This document shows positions 35,103-45,859 of a stretch of DNA of 64,000 nt, one piece after another. Source of the stretch: Patellaria atrata CBS 101060. Its lineage: Eukaryota. A model generated the notes under the pieces. That model worked only from the letters and a program-made list of their open reading frames with translations. It did no database searches and was not told where the DNA came from. The stretch's first letter is position 1; each line of letters begins with the position of its first letter. The stretch is taken from contig MU006099.1 of the NCBI GenBank assembly GCA_010093705.1, positions 496,001 to 560,000 of the forward strand. The letters run 5' to 3'. The position numbers were made by a program, and so were the translations under genes.

Positions 35103-36192
35103 TCAGATACCAAAGAAATCCGGTATATCAGATTCTGATATGACAGTACTCCCTTTAACAAGTTCAATAAGTTTAGAGTGGAGGGGACATCCAATCCCGA
35201 AATTGGTTCCACGATCAACGAGGTATCCGTTGATATAGTCGATCTCGGTTTTTCTTCCAGCCCGGACATCTTGACGCATGGAGCTGATGTTCTTTGCTGT
35301 CTTTTCAGAGACACTAGACACAAAATCTTCAAGTTTATCGACTGACAGCTTATCGAGAGAGTCCTGACTAGCATCTTTGTTTTCTGAACGTAGAATTGCC
35401 TGTGTGACAGCGGAGAATTCGGAGAGCAACGCCATCACTAAGGGTCGTCTACCCGTACTAAAGACTTCGCCGTTGTAGCAATCAAATACCGCAGTCACAG
35501 GGTTTATGATAGCATTGATCGCAAGCTTTTGGAGTTGAGCTTCAAGAATCTCAGAAGGTGCTAATAAAGAAGGAAAAAGTAGAGGAGACTCTAAAATTTG
35601 ATTTGTCAGGAAAGCTGTTTCCTTTTCATGGGATTGCGAAAGCGATGCAACAGAGCCGATTAGAGTTGTCCCCAGTCCTGCATGAACAGCAGAAAAGGTA
35701 CCTGTGGTATAAATACCATGACTGAGAATTCCGATTAAATAATGAGGTCGAGAGCCAGGATGTTGGGAAAGAGTCGAATTGACCTCATCTACGGTACCTA
35801 GAAGCAATTAGTAATTGACTGAACTTCCACTAAAGGGAAGAGCACATACGCATTCCGTTCTGGAAGAAGATTAAAGTTGACGAGGTAAATAATCGGTGCT
35901 GCAAGGTTTGTAATGCAGGAACCGTGGTGTATGTTTTCGTAGTGACTATTAGATTTTCGATATCATCCGAACCTTCGGAAACTAGTTCGTAATCGAAGCC
36001 ACTCTGTCGATCCGTAACACCATTCCTTACAATCTCTATACATCGTCCGGCTTTATTCCATTCTTCCACCAGACTCGGTCGATGAAAGAGTAGAGTTATG
36101 GGGGTTTGCGGATGACTCTTGCGTACTGCATGTGCAATGAATCTTCCCAAGTTCCCAATGCCCAGGATGTGTATACGCTGAGCGGATTGCAT
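35103..36192 (-). CDS. PAN5: 2-dehydropantoate (ketopantoate) reductase, PanE/ApbA family; exons 36192-35850, 35797-35103
   Basis: 'IHILGIGNLG', 'LIVTTK', 'QNGM', 'KLAINAIINP', 'NISSMRQDVRAGRKTEIDYINGY'. Confidence 0.88.
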
Positions 36193-37308
36193 TGGAACTA
36201 CGGTTAAGTGATGACTCGAGTCGAGTGGTTAAGATTGAGTTGGTGAGGTTGTCGATAAGAAGGATTGCCCGATTTCGGTCCCATCATTCCCGTAGTTTAG
36301 CTTATGCTTGGCGACGATACGGAATGTGAACCGGTCCGATACCGAGCCGGTATTTATCTCCAGCGAGTTTCAGCCGTGCAGCTTCCCGTCTATGTCTTTA
36401 CATTGACAGAGACCAGATATGGACGCAGCTGAGAAGTTACACAGTTTCTTCTTCTGTCGTGCTCTAGTCGTAGTCTTGTAGACACTGCATCGATTCCGTA
36501 TCACCAAGCTTTCGATCAACTTGGCCCTTTGCAGGGTTATGGAGACGAATGCACACCATAAATAGGCGCAACATACCCTTCTCATATTGCAGTCTGGCCT
36601 CGTTTATGCATCAACATGCCGACTCTTTTAATATAGCCATTTTGCAAAACGGAGCTTCTCGTACGCCCGTAGTACAATGTGTACAGGCTATTTCTCGTAC
36701 ATATGTGGGCAGAACTATGAGGTGGCTGCCTGGACAGATTTCAATACTGTAGTTCTTGCAGTTGCAGTCCAGGACTGTCGTGTGCTCTTTCACCCTCTGA
36801 AGAAACTTGCGCAGGATAGAACCAAAAAGTCGAGACACAACCTAATGTAATATAGATTTTTAGTTCCAGTAGTGAGCTGTCTCTTTGGACTGACAGCTGA
36901 AGACCCCTTTCCCCTTTAAACAGATCGCCTTCGTTTCGCTCGAGCCAGGACGAAAGACCCAATCATATGCGGTGTGTATAGCACATGCACAGCGGTATCT
37001 CGCAAAACCTCGCAGCGTAGAAGCATGTAACTCCACAAGTCCAGGGGTAAATACCATATGTAGGCCCTGAGATACTTAATTCAACATAGGGCCTCGTCTC
37101 CTTCTCTTCCATAGACCGGATGCTCGCGTGTATATATTTTCGTGGTTGCCTCGACTCTGATCTTTCCAGATTGTTGAACGGTTGAACCAAACCCGCCACC
37201 AAAATACGCCGTCCCTACGAGCGCAACCGTCAGCGTGTTCTTTATACTTATCTAACCTTTAACCTTAATGTTTTCATAATATACTAACGACGAGAAAAGC
37301 GTCTCACG

Positions 37309-38839
37309 ATGCTGATCTCTCAGCAGCGATTCTTCATCGCTCTCCTATCCGCTTCCGTCTTCATCTCCCTAGTCTTCTTTTGGCCCTCGCGTGCTGATGT
37401 TCCTTCATTCTTCGGCGGCCAACCTGCGATACAGCCAGAACACCTCACCCTGACAACATCTGGCCCACATAAGACTAGAAGACCTACGATAAAACCTACC
37501 CCAAAACCAACGCAATCACGGACTCATCCAGCGACTACAAGACCTACTCAGCGCCCTCAACAAACCCAGGAGTCCGCTCCTCTCCGCGAATGTCCTCCCG
37601 GCAATGACCTCAAAGATGTACTACTCGTATTGAAAACCGGAGCGACGGAAGCTCTCCAAAAACTCCCTTACCACCTTCATTCGACCCTCCATTGCATTCC
37701 AAATTACATGATAGTATCCGATCTAGAACAGGATATCGGATCATACAAGAACTTCCACGTTACAGACATCCTAGCGAACGTCAACAAAACAATCCTCAAC
37801 AAATACGACGAATTCAAATTTTACCAGCAAGTAAAAGAATACGCGCGAAATGGTCAGGATCTGTCCCTACTCAAGGGAGACAATGCATGGAAGCTTGACA
37901 AATGGAAGAACATACCAGCCCTATATAAAGCCTACAAAGAATATCCCAACGTCAAATTCTACTTTTTCATCGATGCTGACTCAGCTTTCAGCTTAACCAA
38001 TTTCTTGCAATGGATGAAGCGCTTGGATGCTAAGAAAGACCTCTACTGTGGCTCCCAGGTCATGTACGGCGACACCATCTTCGCGCACGGCGGTAGTGGA
38101 TACGTCATCTCGAACTCAGCAGCTAAGAAATTCGTTGATGCGAATCATGGAGACTACCCAGGCCGCTGGGAACACAAGATCGCGGATAATTGTTGCGGCG
38201 ATGTCATGCAATCCGAGAGTCTGCTCGACGTGGGTGTACCGCTTACAGAAGCATTCCCTATGTTCCAAGGCGAGACACCCAGCACACTGGATTTCCATGA
38301 GCGGATTTGGTGCACGCCATCCATCACGTTCCACCATATGGCTGGTCACGAGATCTCGGCGCTCTGGCATTTCGAGAAGAATTGGACAGATACTAACGTA
38401 AGCGCTCTTTTCTACCAAATCAGAGGAAGTATGATCAGAGGCTGATTTTATTTATCTTTAGGGCTGGAACAAACCCTATCTCATGTGCGATGTCTACCAC
38501 CACTTCGTGGCCCCCTACCTCCAACCCACCCGCAACCCATGGGACAACCTTTCTAAGGATACTGTCATGGACGCCAATAACCCACCCGAGGATCGCGCCC
38601 TCACCCCCGAGGAAATGATAGCTACGGGCTCGTTTGACGAATGCAAGGCCGCATGCACCGCCAAGGACGACTGTTTGCAGTTCAACTGGGTACCAGGCAG
38701 GTGTCAGCTTGGGTCGAGAGTCATAATCGGACATGTGAGTGAGAATGACGAACAGAAGTCCGGTTGGTTGGTAGAGAGGATTAAGCAGCAGATTGCGGGA
38801 TACCAGAAGTGCACGCCGAATTTTAGTTTTCATCAATAG
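37309..38839 (+). CDS. Glycosyltransferase family 31 (Fringe-like) protein; exons 37309-38397, 38462-38839
   Basis: N-terminal anchor, 'VLKTGATE', 'WKLDKWK', 'FFIDAD', 'FAHGGSGYVIS', 'CCGD', 'ITFHH', and a C-terminal Cys-rich PAN/apple-like module. Confidence 0.9.
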
Positions 38840-39261
38840 GTTTGAAATCGCGGCGGGGTGGTGAATCTGGGGATATTTGGAAAAGTCATAGGCGGTGCAT
38901 TCGGGGTTTCGGTGCTTTCTGTTGTACAGTAATGGATCAACGTATGTTAGGGACTCCATAGCATGATATTTTGACGCTATATAGAGGGTGTATATTGTAT
39001 ATAGTAATTATGGATGATGATCTATATACCGTCAGCCTTTCTAGCAGCTCCCCCGTACAGTAATAACAACAGTGCAAAAGTATCTCTTCCGTGGTCTTGC
39101 CGCAACTGGCTAACTCCCAAGTCTACGTCAAGATAGATTTTGGCTTTGCTATCGCACGTTAGATAAGTAAACTAATTCCTCTATTTACTTACTATTCAAG
39201 TTAATAGTAAATGACTTAGGGCAAAAAGCAATTATGCAGTTTCAAACCCATCCCAAACTGG

Positions 39262-39900
39262 TGCGCACGAAACTACATCCGAAATCTTGGCATGTATGGC
39301 AAAAAAAAGTCTCACAGATTTTCTTTAAAACGAGGTGATTTCTTTTTTCGGTCATTTGCTTAACGACAAGGAAAAGGAGAATCCGATATAGGTATCTAAA
39401 ATCTCCGCAGAAAATCCAATCGATTCATGCGCGATATGACTTTTCAGATAATTGAGCGGAGACGGCAACGCGTCAGGGCACTGAGGCACGAGTCTGTATC
39501 CAAAGTCTTTCAAAAGGGCGTGATTTTTTATCATTTCCTCAATGATAGGTATGAGGGGAATTTGATATAGATATCTGAAATCTCGGTAGAGAATCTAGTC
39601 GATTCATGTGCGATATAATATTTTCAAATATTATGTTATGAAGTTCAGTTTTAAGTAAGGACGTGAACTGAATACCCTTTTTAGATACACGCGCCTCCAA
39701 CACGAGCCCGTATCTAAAATCTTAGCATAGATGGAAATTTCTTAAAAACGGCGTGATTTTTATTTATTTTTTTTGGTTATTTGGTTAACGGTTGGGAATA
39801 TAGAAGATTTATATAGCAATCTATAATCCTGACATAATATCTCGAAGATTGCTGTGCGATATAAAAATTTTGGACGAGGTTGCGGAAGTTTCACTTCCTG
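39262..39900 (+). repeat. Three diverged tandem copies of a ~220-bp AT-rich unit
   Basis: Copies start at about 39265, 39486 and 39700 ((g/a)cacga..atc..aa.tctt) and share 'gtgattt', 'gatatag.tatct.aaatctc' and 'gattcatg.gcgatat'. Confidence 0.8.
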
Positions 39901-40309
39901 GTTTCTACTCTAATTGGTAATCAGACGATAAGTTACAGGATGTGTGATTGCCCAGTACAGAGATGATAATGGAATGTTACAGGCACCATTTGGTACGGTA
40001 AAGTGTCCCTGCCCAAAGAAAATCACCAAAACCCTCGAGCTTAATATTTGAATTCAATAGACGTCTAGATATGAGTGCATCGATCGAATACCCTACAGAA
40101 TATCCGACGTTGTTCTGCTCCATAACAATTTGCGGGAAGCATGTTTCTTCTGCACGACAGAATTGCCGAGGGAGGAACCCTTTGCCGACTTTCACAAGAC
40201 TCCCAGCCGTCGCATCACCTGAAAGGCGGCGCATCAAGATAACCTCACCACACCAGCAGCAACCTCTCTTTATTCCATTCCCTCGATTCGCATCCAAAAC
40301 ACAGCAATC

Positions 40310-41204
40310 ATGGTCGCGGACGCAGTAATCTACCACCCCTCAGTGGACCACTACCTCAAATACGTCGCAACAACAGGTAAATCTCTCCCCCTCCCTCCCC
40401 CTGTCGCCGTGCTATCACCACAACATGAACCTCCAATCCACCACACTGAGGACTCATAAACTGACTCCCCCATCCCACAGTCGGCCGCGACAAACTCCTC
40501 CGCACGATCCAATACCTCTCCCGCTTCACGGCTTGGTACCTCTTCCGCACCAACCACCTCAGCACCTCCATCCTGCCCTTCGAGACGCTAAAAAAGCAGC
40601 TCTCCCTCACACGCAAACTGCTCCGCCTTGGCAAGTCGATCGAGCACCTCAAAGCCGCGGCCCTCGCCTCCGACTCCAAGACCCTCGATCCTGTGCTCAA
40701 GACCTGCGCGGTCGGCAGGCAGCTCGGGTACGCGGCGTACATGTTTTGGGACAATCTGACGGTGCCGGATGCGGCGGGCGTGTGGAGGAGCGAGAGGGCG
40801 AAAAGGTGGCAGAAGGAGGCGTATCGTGCGTGGTTTGCCGGCTTGCTGTGTAATATTGTCGCGGGGGTTTATACGCTGGTGCAGTTGAGGGAGAGGGAGA
40901 GGAGGGTTGGGGAGGGGAAGGGAGTTGAGGCTGAGGGCGTCGTGGAGGGGAAGAAACTCGTGAGGTATGTTGTTGGGGGCTTTTATTTTAGTAAATGGGG
41001 TCGGTGTTTGGGGAGTGAGACCCTTGGCTAATTGAAAATAGGGAACGCAATGCTACGAATCTCCAACTAGTGTCGGATGTTTGCGATATCATGGTCCCGG
41101 CTTTCGCGCTTGGGTATGCGAATCTGGATGATGGCATCGTGGGGCTGGCTGGGACGTTGAGTTCGTTGATCGGGGTGTGGTCGGTTTGGAAGAAGACAGC
41201 TTAG
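40310..41204 (+). CDS. PEX11: Peroxisomal biogenesis factor 11; exons 40310-40376, 40481-40964, 41042-41204
   Basis: MVADAVIYHPSVDHYLKYVATTVGRDKLLRTIQYLSRF...RKLLRLGK...DDGIVGLAGTLSSLIGVWSVWKKTA*. Confidence 0.96.
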
Positions 41205-41614
41205 GGATCCAGGGTGTTATAGTTCAGCGTGACTTCCCATATCCAGATCACGAATATTCGAAAGATGAAAACAAGGCGAAGATTGATACGTGGGGCCTAG
41301 TAAGTCTGTGCAGGACACTAATCACCAAGGAGTATTCGAGCAGTCTATTTTCGATTTCCATCGTCTTTTTCGTTTTGTTGCAGTCAATTTAGCCATTTCT
41401 AGAAATTTTACCGTTTTGTTGTTACCTAAATAGCACGAATATTGTACATACCTTGGTTATCACCGTCTGCATAATATCCCTCCCTCACATGTCCCTACTT
41501 TGCATTAAACACCACTTCGACGACCCAGGACTGCCCCCTTCCTTATCAGGTTCATTATTCGCCGTGGCTACACCCTCACCGTACATATACTAGATTACTA
41601 GCCACTCCAGGCTG

Positions 41615-42150
41615 TTAAACTACTAGCGTTGTTTCTCCGCGTTCTTCCTCGTCTTCCTCGCGTTCGATGTCCACTGGTAGACGGATATCATCCAGCGTGG
41701 GCTCGGGATCTCCAAGCACGTGGTAGACCATTACGGCAATTCTCTTCTTCGAGCTGTCCACGTCGGCGTAGAGAGGCCTAGTTGGGTCCTGGTGGTGGAG
41801 AAAAGATGGGTTATCGGAGTGGGATTGCAAGAGATCGAAAGACTCTCTCAGCTCTGGTGTTTCTTCTATTGGGGTCACGCCGGTGAAGTGATTCCTCGTC
41901 TGCTTGTTTCTGGGGGCTTTACGAAGCCTGACCATACGTCTAGAGGAAGTTGAATGCGATTTTATGACCTTTCCCTTGGGCACGAGCTTACGTCGACGAC
42001 GTAGTCATAGGCTCAAAGATCCCAAAAGAACATATCCAACGCCTTCGCAGCGTTTTCCGCAAATTCGAGGAACTCGGAGAAAGTCTGGCACCAACCAAGT
42101 GCTTCCTCGGCCACTCGACGACAACGCTACTAGGCCAGAGGGTTCGTAGA
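41615..42150 (-). mobile_element. Degenerate Ty3/Gypsy LTR-retrotransposon pol fragment (RT connection/RNase H start)
   Basis: 'ESFDLLQSHSDNPSFLHHQDPTRPLYADVDSSKKRIAVMVYHVLGDP' resembles the fungal Gypsy 'L.HFDP.RPLY.D.DAS...G.MVYHV' RNase H entry. Truncated. Confidence 0.7.
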
Positions 42151-42909
42151 TCTAGGTCTAGCAACTGAGAATATATCCTTGATCTGTACAGCCGGTCGAG
42201 AGCGTTCTTGTGTCAAAATGTACAGCGAGCCGGGAATGTCATGATCAGGTGAGGGGCCGGTACGTACCTTCATTGTACGGTACGCGCTGAGCTACTTGCT
42301 CCTTCGCAATCAGGTTCGTGACTCAAAGCTGCTGTACAGCTACTGCACGGATACTGGAATACTATCGACTACGACGCGTGGAAAGATATCTAAAATTTGT
42401 ACTGCGAAGCTGGGAGTGTAGATGATGTGGTTGTACAGGTGCTAGGAGAGACATGGCATATGGAATTCGACCGATGCTCTCGTACGTATATGATGTTGAA
42501 CGCAACACTTCCACACACCAAGTATCCTTCCACATGTGCCTCACGCAGTACGAGGGTTCTCTACTAAGGATTTAGCCCGCAATTGCTATTCAGATACGAT
42601 CGTTGTGCATGAATGGCAACTCTGTCACCACGTTGAAGGAAGGGATTAACATGGATAATTTGCTCATACGAGAATTGCTGATATCGCACTGGTTGAAGAC
42701 AGTTTTATTTGGCGTTTCTGCAACCTATTCTGTACATTGCCTTCAAAATCAGACAAAAGTCAAAATAAAAGATGGACTGAATTACGGCCTGGTATCCATT
42801 AGGCGAGTCAACAACGAGACGACATCATTCAGTCCCTAGAGCCAGAGCACCTGAAAAACATGCAAGCATCTGCGAGAATAAATCTCAACCACCTTATCTT
42901 TAGAATCAT

Positions 42910-43998
42910 TTAGTGGTCTTCTACGGTTAATACCCACTTGTTGAATGCGTCTTTGAGCTCCATGTTCGGTTTTGTGGTTCTCTTGTCCGGGGCGTTTTCA
43001 TCGACGAAAGCGCTCCACCGAGGATCATGATGAGACCTTCCAGCACCAAGGAGAGTCGAAGCAGCTATTTCCAGACGGGGTTTGTTTCCAGGGGTGTACC
43101 AATAAGTTGTCATCACTCTGGTCCAACAGACGTGACATTCAACCAACTTAGAAGAGCGCCTAGACCTGTTTTTCCGACTGTTCAATTCTTTGATGGTCTT
43201 GTTGATCAAGTTCAAGTATTCGAGATTAACTTTACGTGAAAGGCCTTCTGCGTTGAAACGTGGTAGGGTATTGACCCGAAGGTGCGGACAGATGGCCAGT
43301 GTGTATCTTCGAAGATGGGTTTTGAGGTCATCGACATCGTTGCCACTAACACGCAACGTCGCATTCAGGGACAGGTCGTGACCGATAGTTGTAGCATACA
43401 TAAAGATCCCATCAGGTTCCATGGGGCCATCGCTCATTTCGGGGTTCCATGCGTTGACAGGATTGATTACTGAGCCAGAAAGAGCACGGACACTGATACC
43501 GTGACCTCTACGATAATATTGCCGTTTCATGGCAGCTTGGACATGGTGAAACCAGATATCGTACGCGCCGAAAATTCTGAAGTGCCCAGCAGAGACATTA
43601 CACGTATTCCGTATTGGTGTCATTCCATTTTTTTTCCATGGGCAGTCGTCTGCCTGGATTGGATGTAGTCGTACGCACACTGTGCATAACATGTGGGTGG
43701 GAATATCTCTTTCAAGTATCGTTAAGAAACTGGCCCTTTGCTCTCGAGTTAACGGCTCAAAGTGGTACGTGCGCGGTTTCAAGGCCTCATCGGTGTATAG
43801 CCTTAGCATCATCGTTTTGCTAGTGTGAGCGAGAAGGACTATGGAGTTTCCGGCGCCCGTGTCCATCAAATGGTCGAGGACGTGTGCGAGAAGGTGTGAG
43901 CTGAGCCTCTCAAGTAACGTTATCTGATGCCGCGTTTTGATAGGAAGTTGAGACGCGAGCCCATCGTCTTCGAGTGGAAGTTGTACTTTTGCTTGCAT
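42910..43998 (-). CDS. F-box-like fungal protein
   Basis: 'LLERLSSHLLAHVLDHL..LAHTSKTM' F-box-like motif; 'FLTILERDIPTHMLCTVCVRLH', 'ICPH' and 'ECHVCWT' motifs typical of fungal F-box families; ~362-aa open frame from ATG 43998. Confidence 0.75.
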   Translation of the reverse strand: MQAKVQLPLEDDGLASQLPIKTRHQITLLERLSSHLLAHVLDHLMDTGAGNSIVLLAHTSKTMMLRLYTDEALKPRTYHFEPLTREQRASFLTILERDIPTHMLCTVCVRLHPIQADDCPWKKNGMTPIRNTCNVSAGHFRIFGAYDIWFHHVQAAMKRQYYRRGHGISVRALSGSVINPVNAWNPEMSDGPMEPDGIFMYATTIGHDLSLNATLRVSGNDVDDLKTHLRRYTLAICPHLRVNTLPRFNAEGLSRKVNLEYLNLINKTIKELNSRKNRSRRSSKLVECHVCWTRVMTTYWYTPGNKPRLEIAASTLLGAGRSHHDPRWSAFVDENAPDKRTTKPNMELKDAFNKWVLTVEDH

Positions 43999-45064
43999 CT
44001 TGGCTGATATGGGATAAATAGTGTCGTAGAGGACTGCAGAGAGCAATGTGCTTAGACCGAGCAAAATTGAAGCTTATAGCTCAAAATGAACGAGCTGGAA
44101 TATATTAACGATAGTAGAATGAGATACTGAAACAATGCATGAAAGTGTGAAATGAAAGGAACTTAGAACAACAAGAGGAAATACTTAGCTTGAGGTGTTA
44201 ATAATCGTTACAGGGGAAAGGACAACTGGACTGATGTAAACCCAAAAATGATATCGTAGGAGTCGCCGCCCAAGCTGTCCTACCAGTATACAAAATACAT
44301 CGAGCTCATCATCAATAGGATAGCAAGTGCCCACCATTAAGACATTCTTCTGAGGTTCTGAAGTGTAAAAGGAAATGCACAAATCCTCTTTCACTACTCG
44401 TGTGGACATATCTCTTCCCCTGTCATGATCCACAACCCTCGTTCATTGTACACTTGCTATACATATACCTAATTGCATACTGTCATATCTGTCTCTATAG
44501 GAGACCTTACAGGCCTGCATAACATGGATGCGAGCGTACAGTTAGCTAGGAGAATACAGAGAATGGAAAATATAGTGAAGATGACTACGAATAAACATTT
44601 TATTGCAAAAGTGCAATAACCAAATATCAGTAATAGAGTAGAACATGGGTGGCTGACTGCAACTGAGTAAGAGGAAATCCGCGATGTCTTGTCCGTGATA
44701 GATATTGAAGGTCGTGAAGCTTCACCTGAGATCATTAGAAGAAGGCTCCTTGGAAGGTTGCTTAGCAGCAGTAAAGGTTGAAATCTAACCTGGCGTTGAG
44801 CGATGGAAATCCATTGGACGGCTGTGGTTGCTGCCTGAACTTTAAGTGCTGTTGCCTTCCCCGTGACCACGCACCCTTGTCGCGTCCGATTGACGCATGA
44901 CGACGCGACTGATGGCATATGAGATATATATATCTGCGCGTTTTCCTCACTTGACAGTTGAGAATCTCATGTTTCCTACAGATTTCACATTGAAATCATT
45001 GCTCTTGTATTTGTGTACATTAGCAAACAATACCTTAACTTCCCATCTAAACCATACCACGACA

Positions 45065-45859
45065 ATGGCTCCTACAACCCCAAACTCGAGAACTCCTCAA
45101 CGCAGGCGCGCTCCTGCTAAGCCCGTTGGAGGAAAACCAGAAGGTGTCATCAAACGCTCAAAGACCAGTTCGAAAGCCGCACCTAAAAATAAGAAAAGCC
45201 CTACTTTCCCCTTCATGCGCCTGCCAGGAGAGTTGCGCAATGCGATCTACACCTGCTGTCTTACCACTCCGGGCGAGTTAATACTCGAAGATAGAATCAA
45301 AGCTGCTCGTAGGGTCGTTACGCTCGCAAATAGCGGCGCATCTCTTATCCCAAGCATACTTGGAGTCTCAAAACAGATCCACGCTGAATCAGCACCTATG
45401 CTTTATGCCAGCAACAACATCGTCCTCAACAATACCCAAGCTATGTACACCTTCCTCATGCAATGCGGCTCGCATAAGACCTTTATCACGGACCTGAAGA
45501 TTCGTGGATGGGGAATGACTGGCTCACACAAAGCCATGAATCATCCCGCATTCGGTTCTTTGATTGGAACGACCAATCTGCGCAAACTGCATATTGATTG
45601 TAGTATAAGCTGGCACGGAGAGCCGAAGAAGTTGGCCAGCCGCTTCTATCGAGACGCTCACTATTGGTTGGAGGATATGGCGAGGAAGATGGATAAGAAG
45701 GACCTTGTGAGAATGGTAGAGTGGGTTGAGCAGGAAGAAACTGAGTCACAAATGAATCTAGGATGGCGCGCGTCGCGACGTGGTCATGGAAATGGACGAT
45801 TGTCAGAAGAAAAAGATCTGGATGCGTTTCGCGACGAGCTCGTCAAGCTGCTGAAATGA
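45065..45859 (+). CDS. Fungal F-box-like ('FMRLPGELRNAIY') family protein with basic N-terminus
   Basis: 'FPFMRLPGELRNAIYTCCL' and 'SILGVSKQIHAESAPMLYASN'; ACAATGG start context. Confidence 0.8.
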   Translation: MAPTTPNSRTPQRRRAPAKPVGGKPEGVIKRSKTSSKAAPKNKKSPTFPFMRLPGELRNAIYTCCLTTPGELILEDRIKAARRVVTLANSGASLIPSILGVSKQIHAESAPMLYASNNIVLNNTQAMYTFLMQCGSHKTFITDLKIRGWGMTGSHKAMNHPAFGSLIGTTNLRKLHIDCSISWHGEPKKLASRFYRDAHYWLEDMARKMDKKDLVRMVEWVEQEETESQMNLGWRASRRGHGNGRLSEEKDLDAFRDELVKLLK

